DNA of 64,000 bases from Chrysemys picta bellii (Eukaryota). The stretch spans positions 5,456,001 to 5,520,000 of the forward strand of contig NC_088803.1 of the NCBI RefSeq assembly GCF_011386835.1, given 5' to 3'. Positions 21,470-33,129 of this stretch are shown piece after piece. The translations under genes were made by a program, and so were the position numbers. The notes below the pieces were generated by a model that ran no database searches, was not told the origin of the DNA, and worked only from the letters and a program-made list of their open reading frames with translations. The stretch's first letter is position 1; each line of letters opens with the position of its first letter.

Positions 21470-23480
21470 CAATCGCACCCTCCCCTCGCCAGCCTTCTCC
21501 ACCCCTCCCCTCCCCGTCACCCGCTCCCCACGCCGGCCTTCTCCTCCTTTCCCCTTCCATCCATCCCTCCCCATGCTGGCCTTCTCCTCCCCTCCCCTTC
21601 CCTCCCCTCCCCATCCACTCCTCCCCACGCCGGCCTTCTCCACGCCTCCCCTCCCGTCCCCCACTCCCTACACCGGCCTTCTCCTCTCCTCTCTCCGTCC
21701 ATCCCCTCCCCACGCCGGCCTTCTCCTCCCCTCCCCATACATCCGTCCCCAAGACAGGCCTTCTCCCCCCCTCCCTTCCCCGTCCCCCGGTCCCCACACC
21801 GGCCTTCACCTCCCCTTCCTTCCCCTCCCATCCATCCCTCCCCACGCCGGCCTTCTCCACCCCTCCCCTGTGAGTGTGTACATCTCTCCTCCTTTCTGTC
21901 CTCCCATCCCCAAGAGCTGTGCAACCGAATCCCGCACCCAAGACATGTATCTACCCCCTCCAGCCCCCTCCCTGTACAGCCCCCCACATCTATTCCCTCC
22001 CCATCTAGCCCCCCCTGCATCTATCTAGTCCCCACTCCCTCCCAACCAGCCACCCCTCCCCCATCCAGCCCCCACACCTCTCTTCCTCTCCCCTAGCCAG
22101 CCGCGTCCCATGTACCTATCCCCCCCATCCAGCCGCCCGCTCTGTATTGCACACGTCCCTGCCCCAGCCCGCCTGTCTGCACGTGTGCCCAGGCTGGGCA
22201 GTGCAGGGGGGCTGGATGGGGGGCCAGGCCTGGCCCCCCAGCGCCCCGGCTAAAGGATACAGGAAGGTCGCGGGCGGCTCTTTGTATTCGTGTGTGTGCA
22301 CGAGGGGGGGACGTGGGCCACATGCCCCCCCCCCACCCGCTCTGATTGGCCGGGGCGCTGCACACGCCCGCCCAGCTCCCCCCCAGCTGCACACGCCCGC
22401 CCACAGCCCGCACTGCTCCCCCAGCTGCTCCCACCCCCTCACCCCCCCGCTCCCATCCCTCCCACCTCACCAGCTGCACACGCCCCGCCCAGCTCCTCCC
22501 CCCCCCCCCCCCCGCCAGCTGCACACACCCGCCCACAGCACGCACTGCTCCCCCGGCTGCTCCCCCCCCCTGAGCCCCCCCCCCCCCGCTCCCACCTCAC
22601 CAGCTGCACACGCCTGCCCACAGCACACACTGCTCCGAGCTGCTGCCACCCCCTCACCACCCCGCTCCCACCTCACCAGCTGCACACGCACCCCAGCTTC
22701 CCCCCCAGCTGCACACGCCTGTCCACAGCCCGCACTGCTCCCACCCCTCCCACCTCACCAGCTGCACACATCCACCCAGCTCCCCCCCCCATCAGCTGCA
22801 CATGCCCCCCCACAGCCCACACTGCTCCCACCCCCTCAACCCCCCCTGCTGCTCCCCCCCCAACCCATGGCTGGCACTGCTCCCCCGGCTGCTCCCACCC
22901 CCTCAAACTCACCCCCCACACAGCTCCCACCTCTTTCATCTCACCTGCTGCACACATCTGCCCAGGCGCCCACCCCTAGCTGCACACCCCCACCCACAGC
23001 ACACACGCCCCCAGCTGCACACTCGTTCCCCGGTCAGGCCCTGCCAGGGGCACCCCAACTGCTGCCACCAGCTCCTACCTCCTCACCCCCCCCCCTCAGC
23101 TGCACATGCCCACCCCCAGCTGCCCACACCATGCATTGCTCCCCCATCTGCCCCCACATCCTCCGCCGGCTGCCCCCATCCCTCACCCACTACACATGGC
23201 AGCCCACACCGTGCACACCCCCAGCTGCAGATGCACCCGCCTTCCCCCCACACGGCATTCCTCGGTGGGGCCCTGCCAGGGGCACCCTGACCTGCTCCCA
23301 ACCCCAACTGCTCCCCATCCAGGTCCTACCCCCTCCCACCTCCCCGCACTCCTCAGTGGGGCCCTGCCAGGAGCACTCCGATCTGCTCCCCCCGCCCAGT
23401 CCCCCCCAGTTCCTACCCCCTCCCATCCCTGGCTGCTCCCCCCCACAGCTCCCCCCCCGTCCCTCTCAGTCACAATTCTC
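21470..23480. repeat. C-rich low-complexity and minisatellite tracts
   Basis: cccctccccacgccggccttctcc units (21470-21870) and ccagctgcacacgccc units (22340-23250). Confidence 0.75.
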
Positions 23481-25213
23481 CCCTCCCCGGTTTGCTCCAT
23501 GTCCCCCTCTCTGGAGTGCTGGGGGGGATAAGACCATTGTCTCTCTTACTTCCCCCCCCACATCCCCCAAGTCCCGCTCCTCACTGGGAATGGAGAGGAA
23601 GGGGCAGTGGGGTCGAGCAGAGATGGGGGGCAGCCAAGGTTAACCCTGGTTCGCCTCCCACAGAGTGACCCAGCCAAGAGCAGTGGGGGTGAGATGGGGG
23701 CTTGTGGGGCATAGGCCTCTTGGCAGGGAGCCCAGGACTCCTGGCTTCTCTCCCTGGCTCCAGAAGGGAGTGGGGTTTTGTGGTTACAGCAGGGGGTGGG
23801 GCTGGAAGCTAGGACTCCTGGGTTCTCTCCCTGGCTCTGGGAAGGGAGTGGGGTCTAGTGGTTACAGGGGAGTGGGTGGGAACCCGACTCCTGGGTTCTA
23901 GCCCCGTCTCCCTGCTGCCCCCTGGTGGGCTGCTGACACAGCACCTCAGCACCGCAGGCGAAGGCAGGGCACAGGGGCGGTTACGAAGCCTGCTGAACAT
24001 GATCCAGGCAGATGGCGCCAACCCCAGGCCAGCTCTGGGGTGGACTGTGCCCGGGCCCCCCACTGCACATGGCGGCTCAGAGCAAAACTGCTGGTTGCAA
24101 CTGACGTCCTCATGGTGCGGTTTCACCTTCCAGCCCCGCGTCTTGTCTGTGCTGGCTGGGACAATCGCTCCCGGCTGTACCCATACACCTGTACTCACAC
24201 CCCCAGCGCTGGCTGGGACACTCACTCCCGGCTGTACCCATTCGGCTGTATTCACACCCGCAGGGGTGGCTGGGACAGTGGCTCTTGGCTGCATTCACAC
24301 CTGTAGCTCTGGTCATGCCCAGCTCACCCCCTGCTGCAGATCACGCCGGGCCGAACCCATCCTCAGTTCCCACTCCCCCAGTTGTGGGGTCAAGCACTAC
24401 TGGCTGGCCCCTGGCAGGCCAATGAGAAAACGCGCCCGGCTGGCGGCCAATGACCCGGTGAGGTCCCTCTGGGGACCAGCCATGCAGCCAGCTTCTACCC
24501 TCGGGAACAGCCGCACCAGCAGAGACTCCTGGCTCGCCACCAGCTGGCACTGAGCCTTGGCACGAGGAATTTACAAACTGGGGCCCGCTGGGCAGTGCCG
24601 CGATACTCCCTGGAGGCCAGCGCTGTGCAGGGGTCAGGCGGGGTTGCGCCGCACCCTGTCCCTGGGGATTTACAGCTGGCAGGGGCAACCCCTCAGGCAG
24701 TAAAGCAGGTAACAGCCAGGCACCGGTGCTGTGTGCATGGGGGCGCTGCAGGGTGCCTTGGCACTGCAGATCCTGACTGCCCCCATCGGTGATGCCCCCT
24801 GTGCCTCCCCCAGCATTCCTGGGAGGGCAGAGAACTCAGGGTCAGAGCACACTGCACCCGGCCCCCAGCCTGCCCCACCCCCGGATTCCCCGAGCCAGGC
24901 TCACCCCCGATCCGGAACGGGCTGATGCCCAGGGAGTGGGTGGCACTGGCGGCCCAGCCTATGACTGCCCCCCACCCCCCAAATGACGACACTCTCCAGC
25001 TGTGGGGCAGAAACAAGCTTTATAGGGAACCAGCAGGGTCCTCGCGCCATGGGCCCCCCCAGCCACCCCATGGCCCTACCACCCCATTATAGGCCATGCC
25101 CCCGCCACGTGCAGTTAGCCCAGCCACACCCCTTCCTTTGTAACCTCCAGGGAACCCCCATGGCCAATCCAGGCCCTCCCTGCCCTGCCCCCCCCCAGGG
25201 CCCCACCCCGCGC

Positions 25214-27703
25214 TCAGGCGGCCCCATCCCCCTGCGGGTCCCCGCGGTAGTGGGCATGGAGCTGGGCCACGTCGTCGGTGGAGACGCGGACCCAGCCGTC
25301 CCGCCGGACGTGGTACAGGTTGACCTCGCCCCCGGAGTAGGCATCGCGGTAGGTGGCCTGGTAGATGGCGCGCCGGGCTAGGTCGTAGGCCTCCTCGGCT
25401 GGCATGTCGGGTGCGTAGCCGCGGTCCAGCACCCCATAGGCGTACACCGAGCCCGAGCCCACGGAGAAAGCTGTGCCCGAGAGGCGGTTCCCCTCACTGT
25501 CCACGTAGTACAGGCCTGAGGAGAGAGGGGAATCATTGCAGGGCTGCCCCCGGAGATGGGGTCCCCCCCTCCCAGGGACAGGGGGCATTGCACATGTAAC
25601 CCCCTCCCCCCGAAAGTGCAGCCCAAGGGGAGGGGATGTGGCAATGAGGGTCCCATGGAAGGGGTAGATAAGAGGATCACCCCAAGTCCCAAGGGGGAAG
25701 GTTGGAGCCGGTGAATGGGGGGGGCAAGGAGTTGGGGAGGGAGGGGGCTGGGGAGACCCAGGGAGGGGGCTGGGTGCTCTGGGGCCCCGGGGGGCGGCTG
25801 GGGAGACCCAGGAGGGGGCTAGGTGCTCTGGGGCCGGGCGGGGGGGGGGGGGCGGCTGGGGAGACCTAGGGAGGGGGCTGGGTGCTCTGGGGCCCCGGGG
25901 GTGTGTGGCTGGGGAGACCCAGGGAGGGGGCTGGGTGCTCTGGGGCCCCGGGGGGGGGCAGCTGGGGAGACCCAGGGAGGGGGCTGGGTGCTCTGGGGCC
26001 CCGGGGGGACTGGGGAGACCCAGGGAGGGGGCTGGGTGCTCTGGGGCCCCGGGGGGGCTGGGGAGACCCAGGGAGGGGGCTGGGTGCTCTGGGGCCCCGG
26101 GGGGGCTGGGGAGACCCAGGGAGGGGGCGAGGTGCTCTGGGGCGGCTGGGGAGACCCAGGGAGGGGGCGAGGTGCTCTGGGGCGGCTGGGGAGACCCAGG
26201 GAGGGGGCGAGGTGCTCTGGGGCGGCTGGGGAGACCCAGGGAGGGGGCTGGGGCGCCCTCACCTGGGCCCCGCTTGTCCCAGCCGCAGATCATGGTGCCC
26301 ATGTGGAGCCCCAGCCCCTTGTACTGATACACCATGTTGGCCAGCAGCTTGGAGGCGGCGGCCACGGAGATGCGCTCCTTGTTGCGCAGCTGGTAGATGC
26401 GGCACTGCCGGGCTAGCAGCCGCTCCCAGAAGCTGCAGTCGGCGGCGCCGCCCGCCATGGTGCCCAGCAGGTAGGGGTTGATCTCGATCACCTTCTTCAC
26501 CGTCTGCGAGGCCACGTAGGAGCCGGCCGTGGCCCGCGAGTCCACCGCCACCACCACGCCCTCCTGGAACTAGGGGAGAGGGGGTCACAGGGCACCAAGC
26601 TGGGGTACACCCTCCCCGGAGCACGGTACCCCCCACCACCACGCCCTCCTGGAACTAGGGGAGGGGGGGTCACAGGGCACCAAGCTAGGGTACACCCTCC
26701 CCAGAGCACGGTACCCCCCACCGCCACTCCCTCCTGGAACTAGGGGAGGGGGGTCACAGGGCACCAAGCTGGGGTACACCCTCCCCAGAGCACGGTACCC
26801 CCCACCACCACGCCCTCCTGGAACTAGGGGAGAGGGGGTCACAGGGCACCAAGCTAGGGTACACCCTCCCCAGAGCACGGTACCCCCCACCGCCACTCCC
26901 TCCTGGAACTAGGGGAGGGGGGTCACAGGGCACCAAGCTGGGGTACACCCACTGAGCACACTGCCCCTCACTGCCACGCCCTCCTGGAACTAGGGGAGGG
27001 GGGGTTACAGGGCACCAGGCTGGGGTACAGCCCCACTGGAGCACAGCACTCCCCCCCAAAGATGGCAGGCCCACTCCTGCACCCTCACTCCACCCCCACA
27101 CAGACCAGAGACAGCACCCCAGATCACTGCCCCATCCCCTCCTGGGGGGGCAGGGCTGACCCTGACCCCACTGTGCCCCCCAATACGGAGTCCACTGCAG
27201 GGGAGGCAGGGCTGCACCATGCCACAGGGGGCGCCCCCTAATCCCCCCCCCCCACACAGACACAGTAGAGTCTGTCCCCAGCCCCCTCCTCCTCCTATGG
27301 GGGGGGGGTATCTCCAGATCTAGCTCCGCCCCTGGGGGGGGCTCTCTCTGCCTAGCCCCGCCCCCTGACCTGGTCGCACCCAAGGAGGGCTCCCTCTCTA
27401 GCCCCACCCCTGGGGGTGGGGGGGTCTCCCTCCCTAGTACCACCCCCTGACTTGGCTCCGCCCCTATGGGGGTCTCCCTCCCTCTCCGGCCCCGCCCACC
27501 TTGAAGGCCAGCGTGGTGGTCCCGTGCAGCAGCTCGATCCCGGCATCCCCCGCGGCCGGGAGCCCCCAGGCGGGCGGTGCCAAGCCAGGCGGGCCCGGGG
27601 CCGGGCGGGGTCCGGGGGCTTGGAGCTCGCAGCGCCCCGCCAGCCCGAAGAAGCCGGGCCGGTTGACGGGCAGCTCCGGCGGCAGCAGGCTGGCCAGCGC
27701 CAT
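25214..27703 (-). CDS. PSMB5: Proteasome subunit beta-5 (constitutive chymotrypsin-like subunit), 3 exons
   Basis: Exons 27500-27703 (MALASLL...LLHG|TTTLAFK), 26263-26569 (307 nt, DSRATAG...[17 protein letters not shown]), 25214-25515 (GLYYVDSEG...YRDAYSGG...*). Thr1/Asp17/Lys33 intact; A20/V31/M45/A49 pocket; adjacent to PSMB11. Confidence 0.95.
25745..26255. repeat. Minisatellite in PSMB5 intron 2
   Basis: ggctggggagacccagggagggggctgggtgctctggggccccg units. Confidence 0.9.
26545..27010 (-). repeat. About 85-bp tandem repeat containing the PSMB5 exon-2 splice acceptor (6 copies)
   Basis: CCCCTAG|TTCCAGGAGGG at 26569 (true site), 26654, 26739, 26823, 26908 and 26989. Confidence 0.9.
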
Positions 27704-28190
27704 CTTGGGTGAGGGCAGGATGGGGGCGTGGCCTCGCCCTGTCCTATATGTAAGGCCGGCCGCCATCTTGGGTGAGGGCACAGCGTGACTCGGAGGCGCC
27801 GTGACCGCCATATTGGACGGAAGTGTTCTGTGACTTCACCTCCTATCAGATATATGGAGCATAGGCGCCATCTTCGGTGAGGGCACAGCGTGACTCGGCT
27901 GCTCCGTGGCCGATAGCCTCGGCGGCCATGTTCGGTGAGGGTAGCGCAGGCGCCGTGAAGGCGAGCTGGCTTCACTATCTATGTCACTCATGGGGTTCGG
28001 CGGCGTAAAGCTGTGCGTGGCGGCCATCTTGGAAAAAGGCAAGGCGGCTTCACTACCTGATAAAAGCGGCGGTCCGCCATCTTTTCCGAGGGCAGTGGAG
28101 ATCATGTGACCGACCCCCTCAGCGGCCATCTTGGTTATGGGCAGCCTCGCTTCGCTGCCATCTAACACATGGGGAGCGGTGGCCATCTTT
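27699..28190 (-). promoter_or_regulatory. PSMB5 promoter / 5' UTR: array of about 10 YY1-type motifs plus an ARE-like element
   Basis: AA(G/T/C)ATGGC on the minus strand near 27703, 27766, 27811, 27871, 27929, 28027, 28080, 28129, 28161 and 28186. GTGACTCGGC (RTGACnnnGC) at 27890-27899. Confidence 0.65.
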
Positions 28191-28429
28191 ACTAGGGGCA
28201 TGACTGGCCCTGGAAAGGGATGGAGCTGGAGCCCCGCGCGCCGCCCCTCCTCTAGCACGTGCAGGTCCTCCCGGGGCAGGTCACCCCTGCGATCAGCGTG
28301 CAAGGGCCGGGCAACCTCGGGCTGCCACCCTTCTACCCGGATCCAACCTTGCCCCGCCCCTCCCCCGAGGCCCCGCCCCCCGTCACTCCCTCTCCCCACC
28401 CTCACTCGCTCCTCATTTCACGGGGCGGG

Positions 28430-28990
28430 GGGTGAGGGCTCCAGGCTGGGACCGAGGGGGTGGGAGGGCAGGAGGGGCTCTGGGGTGGGGCTGGGGATGA
28501 GGTTTGGGGTGCAGGAGGGGATCAGGGCTGGGGAAGGGGGTTGGGGCGGGGTGAGGGCAGGAGGGGCTCTGGGCTGGGGAAAGGGGTTGGGGCTCTGGGG
28601 ATGAGGTTTGGGGTGCAGGAGGGGGATCAGGGCTGGGATGGAGGCGTTAGGAGGGCTAGGGCAGGGGGTTGGGGCGCAGAGGGTGAGGGTTCTGGCTGGG
28701 GGTGCGGGCTCCAGGGTGGGGCTGGGGATGAGGGGTTTGGGGTGCAGGAGAGGGCTCCGGGTTCAGAGGGCAGGAGGAGTCTCTGGGCTGGGGAAGGGGA
28801 GGTGAGGGCTCCAGGTTGGGACCAAGGGGGTGGGAGGGCAGGGGGTTGGGGCTCTGGGGTTGGGCTGGGGATGAGGGGTTTGGGTGCAGGAGGGGGCTCT
28901 GGGTTCAGAGGGCAGGAAGGGCTCTGGGATGGGGAAGGGGGTTGGGGCAGGGGAGGTGAGGGCTCCAGGCTGGGACCGAGGGGGTCTCTG
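28430..28990. repeat. G-rich degenerate repeat
   Basis: ggggtgcaggagggg...gtgagggctccaggctggg modules. Confidence 0.6.
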
Positions 28991-29224
28991 GGCCAGGGGC
29001 TGCGACGCCAACCAGACTCTTAGCAGCCCAATCAGCAGGTGTTCCTGTCAAAAACCGGACACCCTAGTGCAAACCCCCCTGCACACTCACTTGAGCACAG
29101 CCTCAGCGCGGGCAGTTGGCAGCCCCTGGGGGCCAGTGTGAGACCCCTTCGTGTGCAAAGCCCCTTTGTGAGTGTGCAACACCCCTTCGACTGTGTGACC
29201 CCTCTTTGCCCGTGCACAACTCCC

Positions 29225-29975
29225 TGTGACGAAGTGGGGGATTTTCTTGTTTTTTCCGTGTTTTTCCAATGGTTTGCATGCAGAGAGGGTGGGACTCAGT
29301 TTCCCTGGGTGTTACTGGTTTAACGAGGGGAGGGGAAAGGGAGTTTGTTGTTACAAGGGACCAGTGAGGGAACTTGGGACCCCAGCCAATGGCCTGGAGA
29401 ATGGAGACCCCAGCGACCTGACCAGCCGGGTCCGGCCAGAGGACAGAAGAGGGGAGAGGAGGCCCACGAGACCCTGTTTCCCTGGAGAGAAGACAATGGA
29501 CAGAGGCCGGGCTTGGGGCCGGGGGTATCAGATGCCCAGCTGGGAAGCAGGGGGGCTCTGGGCTGGAGAGGGGGAGCAGGCAGAGCCCACCTGGATGCAG
29601 GGAGACTGGGATGTGCTGGGCTGCGGGAGGCCAGGCCTGAGGCCCTGAGAGTTTCCTGTGCTGGGTTCAACACTCAATAAACACTCCTGTGTGACACTGG
29701 CTGAGAGTCGCTCAGGTCTAGAGAACATGGCAGGGGTGGGGGGGCATCGTCCCCTTCGGGGGTGGAGGCCCCGGGAGTCCAGTGCAAGTGGACTCCCTGG
29801 GGGGCCCATGGCGAGAAACAGGGGTGCTAAGGCTCAGAGAGGTGCGGCTCCAGGAGGTGGAGGGGGCCTGACCCCGGGAGAGAGTGGACCCCCGAGAAGG
29901 GCTGTCTCACTGAAAGGGGCACCCCCCGCAGACCGCACGGGGCCAAGACTGGGCACGATCTGTGAGTCCGTGACA
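29225..29975 (+). mobile_element. Solo LTR (751 bp) with a 5-bp TSD
   Basis: TGTGACG...CGTGACA termini; CTCCC at 29220-29224 and 29976-29980; AATAAA at 29676-29681. Confidence 0.85.
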
Positions 29976-31035
29976 CTCCCCCTTTGCCGTGTTGTGCGTG
30001 GATGCAAGCCCTATGAGTGCGCAAACCCCTCTGTGTGCATGCAAATCCCTTACTGGGCGTGCAAATTCCTTTGCAATGTGCAGATCCCCTTGGGAGCCTG
30101 CAAATTCCCCATGAATGTGCAAGCAACTGGCTCTGTGTGCAACTCCCCTTCCTCCCAGAGCATGCAACTCCCTCAACCCTTCGTGGAGAGGTTGGGGGGC
30201 AACAGCCCTGTGCTGGGGGCAACCCCAGCTGCCCCCGATGTGCAGGGCGTGTAAGGGCGGCTCCTTGCCTGTCAGCATGTGTGTGTACAACCCTGATGCG
30301 AGAGTGCAAAGCGCCTGGGGCCCCCGTGCCGATTCAGCCTCCCTCACAGGCTCCCCTGTGTGCAAGTTGCCCCCCGTGCATGTGCACAATCCGCTCTGAA
30401 TGTGCAAAGTCCTCTGCCACACCACACGTACAGGTCCTCCCCACCCCGTTTGTACAGAGCCCCTTGCGCCTGGCTGTATACCTTCAGGTGTGCCAAGTAC
30501 CCTGGGCACGTGGAAAGCAGATGGCAGGTGTGCCAATGCCCCCCAACCTGCCAAACGCCTTGGGTGTGCAAAGCCCCGCTGGGACTGTGCAAAAGTCCTT
30601 GTGCGAGTGCAAAGCCCCTTGTGCATGTGCAACACCCCTCCCCCCCGGTGTGTGCGTGACGCCCCTGCCAGCCAGCTGCTGCCTCTTACCTCCGGAGCAT
30701 GGTGCCCGCGAGGCCCTGGCTCAGCGTGTGGGAGGAGACGCTCCCATTTCGCCCTGGCAGGTGTGGGGCGAGGGGTCCTGGCAGACGTCGGGTGCTGTTA
30801 CCTGACACATCCCCCTGCGTGTCTCTCCCCACCCCCCGCTCCAGGCAGGGGACGCGGCGTGGGGGGTGGGGGGACGCCAGACTGAGCAATGGAGGGTGAC
30901 GGGAGCTGACAAGGCAGCGTCTGGGGGAGGTTCAGAGACCCACGGGGGGGTCCCTCACCCCAGCGCTGCTGCCCCTCCCCTGCCCTCTATATCTCCTGGT
31001 CCCCTCCCTCCCCGCCCCACTCTCCTGGGTGCCCC

Positions 31036-31848
31036 ATGGCTCTGCAAGACTTGCTGCACCGCCGGCCCCGCTCCCCGCCGCCTCCATGGCCCCTGCCACC
31101 CCCCTGCCTGGCGCCTGCTGGCACCCCCTGCCCCCTGCCCCACGGCACCACCACGCTGGCCTTCCGGCTGGCCCAGGGCGTGGTGGCAGCAGCTGACACC
31201 CGCTCGTCCTGCGGCACCTACGTGGCCTGCCCGGCCTCCCGCAAGGTGCTGCCCGTCCACGCCCGGCTGCTGGCCACCACCTCGGGGACCTCGGCTGACT
31301 GCGCCACATGGCTGCGGGCCCTGCGCTGCCAGCTGGCCCTGCGGCGCCAGGAGGACGGGCGGGAGCCAGGCGTGGCCGAGGCGGCGGCGCTGCTGGCAGG
31401 CGGGCTGCGGGCACAGCGGGGGCGCGGGCTCTGCGTGGCTGTGGCGCTCTGTGGCTGGGACCGAACCGGCCCCGGCCTCTGGTACGTCTACAGCGACGGC
31501 ACCCGCCTGCCCCTGGACGTGGTGGCCGTGGGCTCCGGCTCGCCCTACGCCTACGGGCTGCTGGACGGGGCCTACCGCCCCGACATGCCGCCTGCCGCCG
31601 CCTACGCCCTGGCCCGCCGCGCTGTGGCCCATGCCACCCGCCGTGACGCCTACTCTGGGGGCTGCGTTGACGTCTTCCATGTGCGCCAGAGCGGCTGGGT
31701 CTGGGTGTCCCACAGCGACGTGGGGGAGCTGGGGGGCCTGGCCTGGGCCTTGGGGCCCACCGAGGAGGAGGAGGAGGAGGAGGAGGGAGCAGAACAGACC
31801 AGTGTGGACCAGTATAAACCAGCAGGAACCAGCCTGGAGCGTCATTAG
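31036..31848 (+). CDS. PSMB11: Proteasome subunit beta-11 (beta5t, thymoproteasome), intronless, 270 aa
   Basis: MALQD...HG|TTTLAFR...[18 protein letters not shown]...[10 protein letters not shown]. Single exon, head-to-head with PSMB5 and tail-to-tail with CDH24. Hydrophilic S20/S31/T45/S49 pocket; AATAAA near 32154. Confidence 0.95.
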   Translation: MALQDLLHRRPRSPPPPWPLPPPCLAPAGTPCPLPHGTTTLAFRLAQGVVAAADTRSSCGTYVACPASRKVLPVHARLLATTSGTSADCATWLRALRCQLALRRQEDGREPGVAEAAALLAGGLRAQRGRGLCVAVALCGWDRTGPGLWYVYSDGTRLPLDVVAVGSGSPYAYGLLDGAYRPDMPPAAAYALARRAVAHATRRDAYSGGCVDVFHVRQSGWVWVSHSDVGELGGLAWALGPTEEEEEEEEGAEQTSVDQYKPAGTSLERH

Positions 31849-33129
31849 CCAGTCTATACCAGTATAAACCAGCATGGACCAGTATAAACGGACGGAGCAT
31901 TATTCATCTGCATGGACCAGGATCCACCAGCATAAAGCAGTTTAAACCAGTATAAACTAGCAGGGCACCATGACTACAGCAACCCTGCACCGGACCAGGA
32001 CAACCCAGCTTGGACTCCCACACACCAGCGTGCGCCTGAAGGAACCGGCTCAGACCTGCCTGAACCGCCGTGGACCAGTAACAACCGGCTGGGAGGGACC
32101 CCCGGCGCAGGCTGCTGGAACTGGTATCAACCGGGATGTGCCAGTAGATGACCAATAAATGCGGCTGTGGCTGGGCATTGCGGTGGCCGGGGGCTGAGAC
32201 GTATGGGGGGGGGGGGGGGGTTACCTGTTTATCTCCCCAGCTGGCACCATCCCTCCATCCCCCCGCCCCGCAGCGACCCCTGCAGGGCGAGGCTGGGACT
32301 GGAGTAACTGGGAGCCCCCTGCCCCACGCGCCCGGCTGCTGGGGGTTGTTATTCCAGCCACGCCCTGCGGCACGTCACTCCCATGATCTGAACTGGCGTC
32401 CGGGGGCGGCAGGGTCTGCCCCCCCCGCCCCCGGGCCCCGACTCCTCCTTCCACTCGGCTGCTTCGCTCCCCGTCTGTCTGCCCTGCTCTGGGCCCTGCC
32501 ACACTGCCAGCCGCCCGCCCACCCGCCTGCCCCGTCTTTGTCCCTCCGTCCCTCTCCCACTCCCTCCGTCCTGCCCCCTTTCCTCTGTCCCTGCCCCCCT
32601 TCCTCCATTTGTCCTTGCCCCACACCCTCTGTTTCTCTGTCCCTGCCCCCCCTTCCTCCATCCTGCCCCCGTTCCTCTGTCCCTGCCCCACTCCCTCCAT
32701 CCTGCCCCCTTTCCTCTGTCCCTGCCCCCCTTCCTCCATTTGTCCCTGCCCCACTCCCTCTGTTTCTCTGTCCCTGCCCCCCCTTCCTCCATCCTGCCCC
32801 CCTTCCTCTGTCCCTGCCCCACTTGCTCCGTCCCGCCACCCTGCTCACTCTCTCCCTCCTGCTCTCACGTTGACCCCCCATCTCTCCCTCCCCCCCTTTC
32901 CTCGGCTGCTTGACTCTGTCCCGCCAGCCCCTGATGATCCCCCCCCGTCATCTGGGGGGACCCTGGTGTTCCTGGGTCCCTATTAGTGGGTCCTTCATGC
33001 TCCATTGCTACTGTTTGGGGGGGGGGTCCTGCTGGCCCTGCCCCTTCTCATTTACATAGAAATTAAATCGGAGACAAAGACACTTGGGCAGAACAGTCAT
33101 TACAGCATCACCCCCCCTTCCCCCGGGCC

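Noticed and set aside
25214-31848. Either beta5-family gene being PSMB8 (beta5i)
   Set aside because: Exon structure (3 exons and 1 exon), pocket residues and CDH24/ACIN1 synteny fit PSMB5 and PSMB11; there is no MHC/TAP context.
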